NCBI GenBank assembly: GCA_038496445.1
Contig: JALMLS010000015.1
Coordinates: forward strand, 372,001-436,000
Length of the DNA: 64,000 nt
Reading direction: 5' to 3'
From: Trichosphaerium sp. ATCC 40318
Taxonomy: Eukaryota; Protista; Tubulinea
The number at the start of each line of letters is the position of its first letter. Position 1 is the stretch's first letter. Below the pieces are notes generated by a model that was given only the letters and a program-made list of their open reading frames with translations, did no database searches and was not told the DNA's origin. Shown here in pieces: positions 26,208-39,854 of this stretch. The translations under genes and the position numbers were made by a program.

Positions 26208-27675
26208 ATGACACACGCCACGCCTCTAGCAATATTCATTGCCTTGTTGGCTTTTGTTTATTGCGGTACAACGCCAAACTGGACGCCAACGTATGACATG
26301 CAAATGTCAACGATATTTATGCCTTGTAATGACTCCGGCTTCTTCGACGCCGAGTTTGCAGCGCAGTTCGGTATTGCTGATTTCGATTGGAGTAATGCAA
26401 AGCAGTTATGGGCTAACGCAAAACCAATGAACTGCGAAGAGCTATTGGTAGAGCAAGTGAAACGTGTAAAGGCTGTGAATCCTAAAACAAAAGTTTTCGT
26501 GTACAGAAATCTCGTCAAAGGTAACCCACTTAATTTCTTCCTGTATTAACGCACGTGACAGCGCTTCCTTGGTATACGAATGTTCGCACGAAAATAACAG
26601 ACCCTGATTACGCTGGGTGGTTTTTAAAATTCTCTGGTAAAAATAATTATCACGTGCCTCAATGCGACAAAAACTATGATCCGCCTCTTTGTACAGAGTT
26701 TTATCACGATCAAGATCAAACACCTCAACACCCTAAAGGAGATGGTTCTTGTACAGACCCATGCGATTGTGGAGGCGTTCCATGCGGTGAGTACCTTTGG
26801 GACCATCGTAATACGACGTTAACGGATTATTTGATAAATCACGTGATTCTGGGCGAAACAGGCAAGTGCTGTTTGTCAGCGTTGTAGTGTTAACAAAACG
26901 ATTTTAGGCCTTGGGAATCCTCTAATATCTGGTTTTTACCTTGACGATTCCTGGACAGATAACCCTACACAAAAAGAAGGATTACAAGCTGCTCCAAGAT
27001 TCTGCGCTCGCTCCCAATATGGTATTCCCGTTTTTCCGTTTTATTTTTTGTCTCTTTCTGACTCTTTGTAGGTGGGCCCACTGAAGAAGACTACTATTGC
27101 ACCGCAGATATGGGTCTCATCCAGAACGACACTACAGCAATTTACACACACTGGAAAGCCAATATTGCCAAAGTACATGCTGCTATTGCTGCAAAAGGAG
27201 GATGGAGTTGGCAACAATTCACTGATTTTTCAACACCAAACAAAGAAAAATGCGCCCTGACATTCAGATCTGAATGTAATAAAGACTCCCTAGCGTACAC
27301 CAATGCACTATACTATACGGTACAGCAACTTCAGACTATATAAGATACGCTAAATTGTTGTTTTAGTACACAACAAAAGGTAGAGAAGTTTCTCCTCTCC
27401 TTCAGTTTAAAGAAGACTTGGCAGGGTTTCTACTTGTTAGAGGACCTTATGCATGGCTTGGATATGAATGGAGCGGTTGTTCTACAGGTTCAGATCCACC
27501 AGGCGCTAAAGGCAAACCGTACTTGTTTCCTGATGAATTGAAGGTTGATTACGGAACACCAACAGAGGTTTGTCATGAGACATCCACTAACAGTGGTGTA
27601 TTTGTTCGCAAATGGACCAAAGCTACTGTAGAGTTCGATTGTAATACATACACCGGTAGTATTACCATGAACTAA
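26208..27675 (+). CDS. Secreted putative glycoside hydrolase (GHL15-like TIM barrel)
   Basis: Signal peptide; FDWSNAK, KAVNPKTKVFVYRN, LWDHRN, GFYLDD, GVFVRKWTKATVEFDCN; 4 introns including one GC-AG. Confidence 0.65.
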
Positions 27676-28154
27676 AACAACTTGTTAATTAATATACATT
27701 GTTACTTGGTTACCGTTTACTTGTTGCTTAAACTTAAGGGTAGCACTACCCTTAAAGAGTTCAAGAATCGTTGCTATTATTTTGTATTGCTATCACACAA
27801 CAGTAGGGATATTTTCTTATTTAAGTGGTGCGCAGGTGCGAATGCGGTTTATAGGGAAACGACTGTTAACAAAAAACTCAACTACCAATCTTAACTGGTC
27901 TGTATCCATACAAATGCTATAGCGAATATTAATCAATCAGCACGTGTAGTACATAATAGGACAATGGAAAAAGTCATATACATATTTGTGTTGAGCAACA
28001 TCACAGTAACCTGTAGAGACGGTAAGGGAAACTGAAATAATAAATGCTAAAAATGTCAGTTTACCACACCATCTCTATCTCTTGTATTAACACCACAGTA
28101 AAAGTACTTACTTTTCGTGACTTTGTCCCTTTTTTTGGTGCAACCTTATCAACC

Positions 28155-30545
28155 ATGTTGCAACAACGTATATTACTTGTTTTTATTATCATTGGTACTG
28201 TGCACGCTGTTGATCAAGCGTATTTCATTCGTGGAGCTCAAATATGTTCAAATACGTTTAATTCGCGAGAAGTATCTATTATATTCGATGCTACGCATAT
28301 GGAAAGAAATATAGCGTCTATTGCAAAGTATAATGATAGAATACTGTTCTCCTTCGAAAATGATAACATGGTCTATAAGGTACAGTATAGTAGTAACGTT
28401 TAAGACAAATTTTTCTGCAAAACAGATATTCTGAGATTCACAAATGACATTTTCTTCTTTTTTTTCTCCTTTTTTTGTTGACATTGTTTGACTTGTCAAA
28501 GGTGAATGTCGATGGTTCGAACATGGGTGTAGAATTTGTTGCTGAAGAGAATATAACACAACTTGCAGTTCTTATTATGGGATTTGGTACACCGAGAGTT
28601 GAAATACAAATGACTGACGCTTTACATTATAGGAGAGACGTACATGACGTGGACATCTGATTCTAATATAGTACGATTCAAAGCAGTTGATGATACACAT
28701 GTACTGTCAGTACAAATACCTGGTACCCTTTAACATCACGCTCTTCTATGTGCAGTTGTTAATTGTTCTTTATTGCAGGTATTCCTGACTACAAAACGGT
28801 TGACTTCTTGAGTTTACTCACTCTAGAGTACGAGAAACTTTTGATTGTTTTTAACAGACTTTTTTTTTGGATTGGTTGTATTTTTTTCTATATGGCTTAC
28901 TCGTTGTTGAAGCTCCACGGTCTACGCTCTCTTTCAAGTTGAAGGAAATAAATCACAATCAATTGGAATTATTGATGCAACCTCTGGAGACGTACAAATT
29001 ATGCAAGATCCGACAGTAACACTTAACGATTTGTCTGCTTGGAGAGACATTAAACAAATTGCTGGATGTAACGATGAAGGCCTATTCATTTTATATGGTA
29101 ACAATAACTTTCAACGACACACAAGTGCTAATTGTAAGTCATTTACCATCGATGACTTTGGCAGGCACGTGATAAACTTAGTTCTAATTTTACTAATGCT
29201 GCCTTAGAGCGCTCATATCAAATGATACTACTACCGTTGTGTTTGAGATAGCCTCTCCAGATCTCACTGAACACTACCTTATTGGAGACTACCCTGTCAT
29301 GTCTCCTATTACAGCGCCAGCTGCTTCTAGATTCTACTGGACAATCGCAGGTTTGTAAACCTAAAGACAGCATCTTAAACGTTTTTCACAGGAAGTGGAA
29401 AAGTGTTCTCTGCGTCTACTGTTGGAGGAGATATACCTTGTATTGATGTCATTGCTGATCATAACAAAGAATGCAATGTCACATCTACATTACATACCAG
29501 CCTTGGAGTACGAGATCAACATATATTGGGTAAAATTTATACTCAATACTTATTTTCTTTTTTAGTTCTTTTACAGTTGTGGAAATTACGTATACACAAT
29601 AGATGAAACAGGGGATTCTGTCGTATTCTATAAATCAACAAATAATATCCAAGGTATACCAATATTTAATGCATACAGGAGATATACTGATAACATTAAA
29701 GCTATGACTTTTGATGAGACATTTATTTCTGCTTTTTTGTACGTTGTTCAAGAAAATAGCACTGAAATTGTTCGTGTCGATGCAAAGGATGGGTATGTAT
29801 AAACTCTACATCTTCCTGAGTTAATATTTGTACCTATAGATCATTTAAGGTCATTGCGAAGCTTAATATTAATATTTCTGGACAACCAGAGGCACTTACA
29901 ACCAGCAGACAACGTACAACTAATTTAATTAAGTGTCTAACTCAGCTAAGTTTTTAATAGATTTATATGTTCAAGTGTTACAAAGTAGCTTTAGTCTTAT
30001 TGTAAGTATAAACAAAGCTAGTGGTGTGCAGCGTGTAAATGCTACTGGATTTCATACTCTACCTGGACACGAAGTTCTAGAAACTGATAAAGATAGTGTT
30101 TTCTATGAACAAAAAGATGTACTTTAAATCGTTGCTGTTTGTCAGGTTTTTTTGCTAACACTTGTCAATAGAGTGTAAGAACCTTGCACCACAGTTCAAG
30201 CTCAGGTATTTGGAGTTTTGTCAGGCTTGTATATTTTAAATTGGGGTACGGTTTAAGAACTAATCTGTAGACCTTTCTTTCTTGATTTTTTTTTTACACA
30301 AAGAACTTTTATTTACTTGTTGTTGTAGTGCTATTTACGCTGTTGAGGGTCACAATTTGATGCAATTCAATTATGATAAAGATGGAAGCCAATACCAAAT
30401 CATGGCTGGTATTGACTTTGAAGAGGCATATGCTTTTTCATTTTGCTTGGAGTGTGTATCTCCAAAACAATATTCAAAAGATAGCTATCTAGAAAAAATG
30501 CAAAGACAGTTTCAGGATAAGAATGTTGTTGCACTTTTGAAATAA
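28155..30545 (+). CDS. Secreted multi-exon protein of unknown function, beta-strand rich (possible beta-propeller)
   Basis: Signal peptide MLQQRILLVFIIIGTVHA; about a dozen short introns link open exons; AATAAA overlaps the stop. Confidence 0.6.
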
Positions 30546-31069
30546 ATACCATGTTTTTTTGCTTCGTGTGAACGAAGTGAACTATTGTTTAGTGTAAACT
30601 TCTATCATCAAAGTACCACCGCTACTGTCAGGAAGATACCAATGAGCAAAAGAAATCACGTGCTACGTGACAAAAACTACTAAACTCACTAAAACAGCAC
30701 ATCTATTTTCTCGTAACGGCGCACGTGACAACCAAACGGTGTTACTGCTTGTTTACAATATCGAAATAAAGTACTCAAATAACTATGTAGCTCGAGCGCT
30801 TACGCGCTAGTTTACACATTACAGTTCTTGGTGGACGAGAGATGGACAATTACACACAAAAAAAACTTTATAAAACCGATACAGTAGTTTCCTTCACATA
30901 AAGAGGTGGTATAGTACAAGGTAATGGACGTGACGCATCGTGCAAGAAAAAGGATAGTGTTTACTTGGTAAAAACTCCTTCCATAAAGTACGTACGCAGT
31001 GAGAATTAGGCTAAAGTAAGCATTAGGCGAGGAGATAACAGGTTGTAGTCATTTAAAAATAAAAAAGAC

Positions 31070-33769
31070 TTAAAACGTACCCAAAGAGCGCGCTTTGTCA
31101 ATAACATCTACCAACTCGGCAGGAGAACTCGATTTCTTTAGGAATGGATGCTAAAGGAGAGAAAGTAAGATATCTTTTGACTTACAGATTCTTGAGTTTT
31201 CAAAAAAAATTATACGTACCGTCAACAAGTCGTTAGCGTCAGGACGAACATCAACACTCTTTTCGAGACATTTATTAAAAAAGTCAAGGAATTCTTGAGA
31301 CCATTTTTCTGGTTGCTTGAGTGGAGGAATACCCTTTGTTGTAATCAAAAACAAAGCACGGAGAGGTGGGAACTCCATGTAAGGTGGTTCACCCTAGGAA
31401 GAAGGTTTAGTGATAAAACAAAAAGAATGTGTAAAGGGTATCTACGCGCAAATGTAAAATCACTTCAAAAAAAAAAAAAGGCGTAGAACTCAAACGTACC
31501 TCTGCCATTTCCATAACCATGATACCCAAAGACCAGATATCAACTTTTACACCATAATCGTGTCCGCGAATAAGTTCTGGTGCCATCCAGTAAGGTGTAC
31601 CGACAACAGTTTGACGCTTTTGTTGTTGCTTTGTGAGTTGAGCAGCATAACCGAAATCAGCTACGACTAACGTCAGTACATCTACGTAAACAAAAAACCC
31701 GCTTACCAATTTTGACTGCACCACTAGAGTTTAATAGAACGTTATCGGACTTAATATCACGATGAATTCTGTGACGGCTGTGAATATAACTCAAAGCCTT
31801 CAAGGTCTACAAAAAAGACAACATGAGCACGTTATTGCATATTAACTGGGTTTTAGGTCTGTTTCGTACCTCAAGGCAAACACGAGAAATTTGAACTTCG
31901 TTCATGGAAATACCAGCTTCGTATTGTTCCAAGACATCAGTAAGACAGCCACGATCCATAAACTCCATAATAACCCACAATTGGTTATCATCAACGCAAA
32001 AGGCATCGGTAAAGTTGACAATATTTGGGTGATGGGAATCCTTCATAATTTTGATTTCAGTGCAAAGAAGCTTCTGGTTTTCACCGTTGATCGGCATTTT
32101 TTTGACGGCTACGCGTTCGCCACTCTTGCAGTCTGTGGCAACATAAACCTCACCAGCAGCACTAGAACACGTCAGAAAACTGATTTTAAAGGCAATTCAA
32201 AAAAATAGCCTGAAAACGTACCCTTCTCCAATTTTTTTGTAGTTCTTGTATGTATCAGGTGTACTTGCGCTAACGAGTTCCTCTACAACATTATTAATTT
32301 TTCTTTCCGGAAAAGAAAAGATTCTGTAAATCTAAACGCACGTAAAATGAGCTGGCCTTCATGATCAGGTAGAGGTACAGCGTTGTGCGAAGCTAAGACA
32401 ATTGTTAATAAAAAAAGTAAAAAAAAGCATCTACGCACTCTTTTTAGCTTTCTCGTTTCTCTTGGCTTGGAACTTCAAGACATCAAGTACAGCTTCCTTA
32501 TTTTCGATAGCTTCCTGTCAAAGTGTCAAAAAGAGTCTTATTTTCTCGTAAATTTAAACTGTACAGTTGGGCTGATATTTGCAGTCTTCAACATAGCTTC
32601 CCACTCAGCTGGTAGGCCAACAAATCCAGTCTCGGAGTTGAAATCGACGTGAATGTTATGCTCGACATTGAATGGATCTCCAACAACACAATAATCAGAT
32701 CTAGTACGTAATTAAAACGAGAAAACTAAACTTTTTTTCAAACAAGGAAAAGGTCAAAGAATTTCCTTGAAGTTTTTGATGAGCACTTTTCTGTGTTGTA
32801 ACACCACAGAATGGCTTCGTTTCATGGAATATTATTTTTAAACTGATAAATTCACTCTGTAAACCGCGAATGTCCCACATTGGGCGTAATTGGCGAATTT
32901 CTCTCTTGAGAGTAGATTTTCGTTTAGGCGATCGCCATTATTTTAAAGACAAACACCAAACGTAAAATTATAAAATAGTTTTAGTAACACTACAAATCGT
33001 GGTGTTCAAAATACTCAAAAAAAAATAAATAAAAACGAGTGTAAAACGTCAGGCAGTAACTTTTACGTGATAACATGCCAACAAACGTATTTTTTTTGTA
33101 CTGAAAGCGGACAGCACCCAAATCGAAAGGAAAAAAAAAAACGGGTCGCAAAATACTCACCCGCTCTTAACGGCGTAAATCCAATCTTCCATTGTATTCT
33201 GGTCCTCGCATTGAATGTAAAATACTTTGCTTATTTGAGGAGAGAAGAGCTCAAATGTGTTGTTTTTATGTTTATTCGTAGGGCAGACCTGTGCTTGCTC
33301 TAGAGGGACACAACCTAGAGGTCTGTCGAGCGTCTATAGGCGTTATAAGAAAGATACAGTACGTTTTTAGATAATTATATTGTTTTTTTTGCGTACACTG
33401 TTATTTTTGAAGTAAAATAACATGTCGTTCTTTACAATAAACCAACGCGTTTTCCAGTTTCTTACCACGTGGCCTAAAAGGAGACTTGTTAAGCGCAAAT
33501 TTGCTTATTTTTTTTAATAAAATGACTTTTTACCTTGTTTTCGCAAATAGCCTTGTTTATCAGGTGTTTTCCACATGTTTTGGTTAACCTAACGTTTGTT
33601 TTAACATTTTGTTTAAAAGATCTAGGAGGTTATCCAAAAGACTCACAAATTCAACCAATTGGTCTATTGGTTAAAATATTTTGATCTGCATTGTATTACA
33701 GCAAGCAAAAAACAAACAAACAAATTTCCGCAAGCGTACCTGTACTCCGTTTATGGTTAAGGAAGCCAT
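31070..33769 (-). CDS. PAK/STE20 kinase with PH and CRIB domains (PakC/Cla4-type architecture)
   Basis: PH ([20 protein letters not shown]...MEDWI), CRIB ([13 protein letters not shown]), kinase ([24 protein letters not shown]). Confidence 0.93.
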
Positions 33770-34285
33770 GGTTGAAGTATGTGTGAGGAGAGGCTTTTTA
33801 ATAACGAAACTAGTTGAAAATAATGTGTAATTTCAAAATGAAATGGTTTTGACTCGGTAAAAAGCACTAGCGCTCGTTCGTCTTGCGTTCCAACTACCAT
33901 ACGCACTTCTCGGTGCTATTACCAAGTAAATGTACCGGTACACAGCAGAATAGCCACGCAAAACAAACAAAATTGCTAGTACACAAACCATTCAAGGCGA
34001 ACAAAATACAGAGAAAAAACAAGGCGCATTTTACGCTATTGCAGTGGTAGCATTCAATTATGTTGTTAACGAGCTCTTCGGGAACGAGATGCTATTGAGA
34101 TTCGCAGGCTGCAAGGCGAGGATTTGATTCATCTCCTCATTATTCTACCGAAAGGCTGCCATTAATTGGTGTTTATTTTACAGTCGTGGTGTAGCTGTGG
34201 AGAAGCTCATCTTAGTTTTGTAGTACGCATTAGGCGAATCACAGTGCCAAATTACGCTAACAAAACGGTGCAAAGAGCAAGGGTG

Positions 34286-36255
34286 CTATTTGTTTGTGCT
34301 TTTAACACTGCTGGAGGCACCAGATTTAGAAAATTTGCTCGTGCTTGTTTTAGGTGTACAACATGCAGGTACTGCCTTTACGCATATTCTGTGCGCTGTG
34401 TAGCCGCAATCTATAAAGGGGAAAGAAAATAAGAAAAAAAGTAAACAATGAGGGGAAATCTGGAGGTGACAGCTACAAGGCAAGAGAAACCTGACAACAC
34501 AATAAAATAGGCTTTGTTAGACAAAACCCGGTAAAAAAAAATACGTACCCAAACAACGGAATCCTTGCTTCCTGTGTACGCCCTAAAGGAGAGTGAACTC
34601 AGTGTTGAATGGGTAAACAAAAAACAGATTTAACAGAAAAAATACTCTGTCGCTACAAACTAAATATAACTAGCGCTGTGGCCAACTCGTACCCAAATGA
34701 ACTTGGTACAGTATTTACAAAAGGTTGGCTTAGGGAAGTATGTAAGTTTGAAATTATGTGTTTTGCCTCCCTAAACAAGAGTTGTGTCAGCGTAACGGCA
34801 CCAAGTAGTTATTAGCTGAAAACGAAAATGTTGACAGGATTTGTAAGTTACATAGTAGGTGACTACGCGCTCGGACAAGCATGTTTCACGAAGAAGGCTA
34901 AGATTTGGGTAGTTAACGTACCGTGTACAATGTTCGCTCATCATAAATGGTCTTCAAGTATTGTATAAGGTTTTTGAGACCTACTATGTACTCCTAGTAA
35001 TACTATGAGCAATGAAGAAGAAAAAAAGAAGACAAACATGTTTGCCCGTTTTTTTATGGGTTTTGTAGAATCGTACAATATCAGGTTTATCTACATCAAC
35101 TGTATGCGCGAAGTCTACTAAACGAACATCGAATTTGATATCTTTTGTGCTTGCGCCTGAGCCCAAACCAGAGATATCACCATCATATACAAGTAAAATA
35201 GAGCTTCCAATAAACTTATACTTTGTTTGTTGTTGAAACCACTTAAGAATCTTTAACAACTTAGGTATCATTGCACCAACTACCTAGGTAAAACCAACTT
35301 TTAGATCAAGTGGACATAAAACAAAAGGAAATATAAAACACCACTGAGACAACAATTTTTTTCTGCTCTTTTGTTTGGTGATGGCGTTCTAACCTCGTAT
35401 CTTATTGATTTGCCATTAGAAAAAAATATTTTAAGCGCTTGATCCATTCGTGTGTTACTAAGAGCTAATCCCCAAGGTTTGTCTTTCACATCGTAAGTCT
35501 TCGCGTCTACTTGCCACGACTAAATGGACAACGTTAAAGAAAGCTACTTTCTTCGCAAGTACTATCCATTTCACGTACCCTTATACCGCAAACTCTGAAT
35601 CCTAGAGCTTTTGAAGTAGACATTGTATCAATACTTGTTTGAACCAATCTTTTCTTAAGAGGTGCATCTTCCTCGTGAGTTTTGCATCCTGAAACAACAG
35701 TAAGCTATACACAAGAACACCATTATTAGTTTATACTAACCCATTTTAAGATCACAAATACACGGATGCTTCATGCCATGCGTCAAGTCTTCCAGTAAGA
35801 TGTAATCTACAATTTTTTAGAATATTCTTCTTTTCTCTTTTTGACTTACGGTCTACTGTTCCAAGCGAGTTCTTTATCCTGGTACGTCCTTTGTACTGGA
35901 ATATATTATTCATGTATGTATTGAGCTTTAAAGGTACCTTTGGAAACATTTTAAGTGTATCAGGAGGCTCCTTGCGGAGCTTTTCATAAAACTCAAATTC
36001 TTTTTCTGAAAAGTGTTTAAGAATCATATCTCCTTGTTTCTTCATTCCCTTTTCTTAAACCTTGACGTTAGAATATAACACTATCCCTATATTAATGGCA
36101 CATACCATCTCCTTTGTGTCCAGCAGCTTGATGATTAAAAGATTCAGCAGAGTTGGTGAGATCCTCACGGACTTTCAAACAAAAATTAATATAAACGGCA
36201 ATAGATAATAAAACTTCCGTAATAAGAATTTTGGTTTACAAAGATAACCGCGCAT
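34286..36255 (-). CDS. Inositol polyphosphate kinase (IPK/IPMK/IP6K family) with a C-terminal C1 domain
   Basis: QAAGH, PCICDLKMG, GFRVCG, SSILLVYD, LVDFAH; spliced tail HNFKLTYFPKPTFCKYCTKFIWGVHRKQGFRCLDCGYTAHRICVKAVPACC. Confidence 0.85.
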
Positions 36256-36334
36256 TTTTTAAAGTATTTGGAGCGTATTTTGTAAAACTACAAAAAAGCT
36301 GTAATTCTGTACAAATAAAATCAAGTTGCAGTTT

Positions 36335-37071
36335 TTAGTACGTACTATCAACAACACCCATTACGCACTCCTCGACAGCAGCCATAAGGGAATTATTCGT
36401 TCTGCACATCGAAATAAATTCTTCTTCCGAGATCTGGATACCTGTGGGTTCTTCTGAATCCCTCAAAGCCGCCAGTTTCATGAGGGTTTTCATAGGGGCT
36501 CCTTTTAGCGTAATACTAAATTATGTCAACCGGAAGCAAGCAATACACAAGGTCATACCTCCCACGTAGTGAAAAAATGCGATTTACAAGCTCTTTTGTT
36601 TCATGACCATCCAAAAACCCGTTTCCGTCCTTATCAAACAGTTTGAAGGCGACTACAACGCGTTAGATCAAAACTAGTGACTTTGAATGTTTTTTACATT
36701 TCAGTTTATCAGTTGAAGAACCAGAGCGAAGCATAGATAAGCCTAGTACAAACTCCGTAAAGTCAATGTACCCACTATCATTTGGATCAAACCTTGTGTA
36801 AACATTTTCCCACAACTCTTTGGTTCCACCTGAGCGCAATGAGCAACGTGTAAACTATTTTGCGTACTAATTGCTGAGAGCTCCTGAATAAACTCGCTCT
36901 TCATCATTTTTCCGTTACAGTACTTCTTGCAAAACTGTCCATGTATAACTTCGAGCTGTTCGCGACTCACTAGAAAGGTAATTAGCTAATAATGGACGGC
37001 AGTCACTGTTTACAGTGTGAGCTTTGCTCTAAGGCAGCCAAATCTGATCCAGTGGAGCCTCCCTGGCCCAT
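36335..37071 (-). CDS. Myristoylated EF-hand Ca2+ sensor (NCS/frequenin/calcineurin-B-like)
   Basis: MGQGGS start; EF loops DPNDSGYIDFTEF and DKDGNGFLDGHE. Confidence 0.85.
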
Positions 37072-37169
37072 TTATAACACTTCAAACACTTTGGTGCTTT
37101 TGGGTAGAAAAATCACAGTCAGTCAAATTAATACATAAAACTAGCGTGTCTGCGGCTCAGTTACCAATC
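37072..37169. promoter_or_regulatory. Putative bidirectional promoter (98 bp between divergent start codons)
   Basis: NCS-like ATG at 37071 (-) and ArfGAP ATG at 37170 (+). Confidence 0.6.
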
Positions 37170-39247
37170 ATGAGCGACGAATCAGACAAATCTATAGTGC
37201 CAAAGGAAGAAACAGCGGCGATATTTAAAAAATTACGGGCTCGCCCAGAAAATAAGGTACAAGCGCTTCATTAGGCTGTAGATTCTTAAACCCAGCAAGG
37301 TTTGCTTTGATTGTCCAGCAAAACTGCCAACGTGGGCGTCTGTCACTTACGGTGTATTCATATGCCTGCAGTGTTCCTCAACACACAGAACCCTTGGCGT
37401 TCATGTTACTTTTTGCAGGTACCATATTTAATTAATCTGTTAACGCCCTCAGTCTGTTTCCCCAACTCCCTGAATTTCGCTAATGCGACGTCAGCATTTA
37501 CTTTTTCTTACCACGCTTAGATCCACGCTTTTGGACGATTGGACGAGAGATCAATTGAATGTAATCCTCAAGAGCGGTAATGGAAAAGCTAGGTCCTTTT
37601 TCAGAGAGCACGGTATTGATCCACACAATACCAAGCCAGAAGTGAAATACAAGAGCAGGTGAGTTCGTTTGCGGCTACAGCATTCTTTTTTAACCACGTC
37701 TTAAATATTTTTTCAATCTTCAAACTGTTGTTCGCCAAACCAGCGTACATCTACCACAAACTTCCTTTACATCATATTTTTAGCATTAAAAATTTTATAT
37801 TTACAACTACTTTGCAAGGGAGCGATTTTTTTTTTGACGCTAGTTTATTGCTTAATGTACACTAACGCGTTCATAGAGCAGCGCAACAATACAAAAAGTT
37901 TTTATGGGGTGATAAATTGGATAAACCAAGCAAACCATTATACTCCCCACGAGCGAATGTTACAATCCGTAAACCAATACAAGTAAGATTTCCACTCTCA
38001 TGCTTAGAAGATGTTTTATATTGCAGTAGTTTTGACGCACTTACAGCGTCACTAAAGCTGTATTTTTTGAAAAGTTTTTTATTTTTGTTTTATCATTTTG
38101 ACGAACCATTCAGGCTGCTGCGCCTAAAGTTGCCCCAGTAAAGCAAAACTCCTCTGGTATGCAACTAAAGATGAAGTATTCCACCCAATCGAACACACCA
38201 AAGTCAAATGTTAAGGTTCAAAAGTTGGCAGATGACTTTTTTGACAGCTTCGATTTTAATGATGACGAAGAAGAAGAGGAAAAGGAAGATAGTACACCAG
38301 TTCAAGCTAGCCAGAAAAAGGTTGAAGAAAAGTAAGCAACCACTAAAGAGATACTCGTGTTCGCGTATTTACAGGCGTGTAGGAAAATGAGACAAGAATT
38401 TAACCGTATGGCTGAAGAAAAACCTAAATATGCACCACCACGTGCTATGCAAAATCGGTACGTAGAAGAGGACTCGTAGTGATGAGAATTGGGCTGTTTG
38501 GACTCGTTGGTGTTGACTGTTCGCCTTAGTTCTGCGTATAAACATAGTATCTTCGATGATGATAAACCAAAGAAGACAGCTAATACATACAACACATCTG
38601 AGCGATGTACGTATAGATAAACGAAAAACACCAAAAAAATAATACTGTCTTTTCTCTCTTCATTTTTTTTATGTATTCATTTATTTATTTCTTAGCACGT
38701 TACAACAATGTGTCTGTAGAAGAAACTAGTTACGCAAGAAATAATTTTGCAGGAGCTCAAGCAATATCCTCAAGTGATTATTTCGGTGAAGATAAAGAAT
38801 CCGAATATGAGCGTGCTGAAAGGTTCGTATCTCTTTTCTCTCTATCTGTTACAATGTGTTTATATTTTTCCAGGACACAACGACTATCGCGCTTTCAAGG
38901 CGCTACCGCTATTTCAAGCGCTGACTTTTACGACCGCGATGAGGTACTGTTAACAGTCACATACAAAAATAAAGCTCACAAAAATTAGGGTGGTTTCAGC
39001 AACAATGCAGGTACAGGTGATATTGCGCGACAAATTGCAGAAACTGCGTCAGGTGATTTATCTGCTATTAAAGAGTCCATTGGTGATGGTGTTGTTAAGG
39101 TACGTTTGTTAGCATTAATCCCATTTTTATGAGTTTTGTTGTTAATTTTTTTTGACTGACTCTTGACCTTGTTTTGACGTTTTTATTTTGTAGATAAAAG
39201 AAATGGCAGGTAACTGGCTTGCTTCTTTGCAAGATAATTACGGATAA
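37170..39247 (+). CDS. ArfGAP2/3 (Glo3-like) GTPase-activating protein
   Basis: CFDC...[30 protein letters not shown] zinc finger; repeated Glo3 motifs AISSSDYFG and AISSADFY. Confidence 0.93.
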
Positions 39248-39854
39248 AGTAAGCGAGCCCTTTTGAAGTTCACAGTTGTATTTTCAAACAAAGAAAGAAA
39301 TTCTCAATTATTTTTTTTCCTTGTTGTTGGTTAGCATAGAAATGTCATTTACTACGAGGCTTCTTTATCATTTTTTTGTATCTTTGAATTTGACATGTGT
39401 GACTACTTCTTGTTCACTTTTTCCCTACATAACAGCAGCTGTCTGACAAGCGCGGTCTTTTTTTTTTGGGTTCCGCGTAATTCTCCGCGAACAGTCTACT
39501 TGATTTATGGCGCCATTTGTATACACGGAAGGCCGCTTTATCAATTCGCGACGGACCTGACACGGGAACAAAATGTTGTGAACATCAACCTGATTTTAAA
39601 GTAGCCTGTACGCGGTTCCACAAGTAAATAAGCCAATACAGTACTCGTAATGGTAGTTTTGCTCCACGCTCTGTAACATTCGAAAATATGTTTTCCAATA
39701 CTATGAATACCTCGTATCTACTGTTATCATCATTTTCATCGAGGCTTTTTTGGGTTGGACCAAGTGACTTTCCTAAAAAGGTGGAATTTGGGTGCACTAA
39801 TGGGATTTGGCAATAAACCAAAGCGGAGAAAAGCTTTCATCAATATAACAACAA

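Noticed and set aside
34036-34170. Possible structured ncRNA (UUCG and GAAA loops, short stems)
   Set aside because: Stems are short and no known ribozyme, SRP or RNase P core is recognisable
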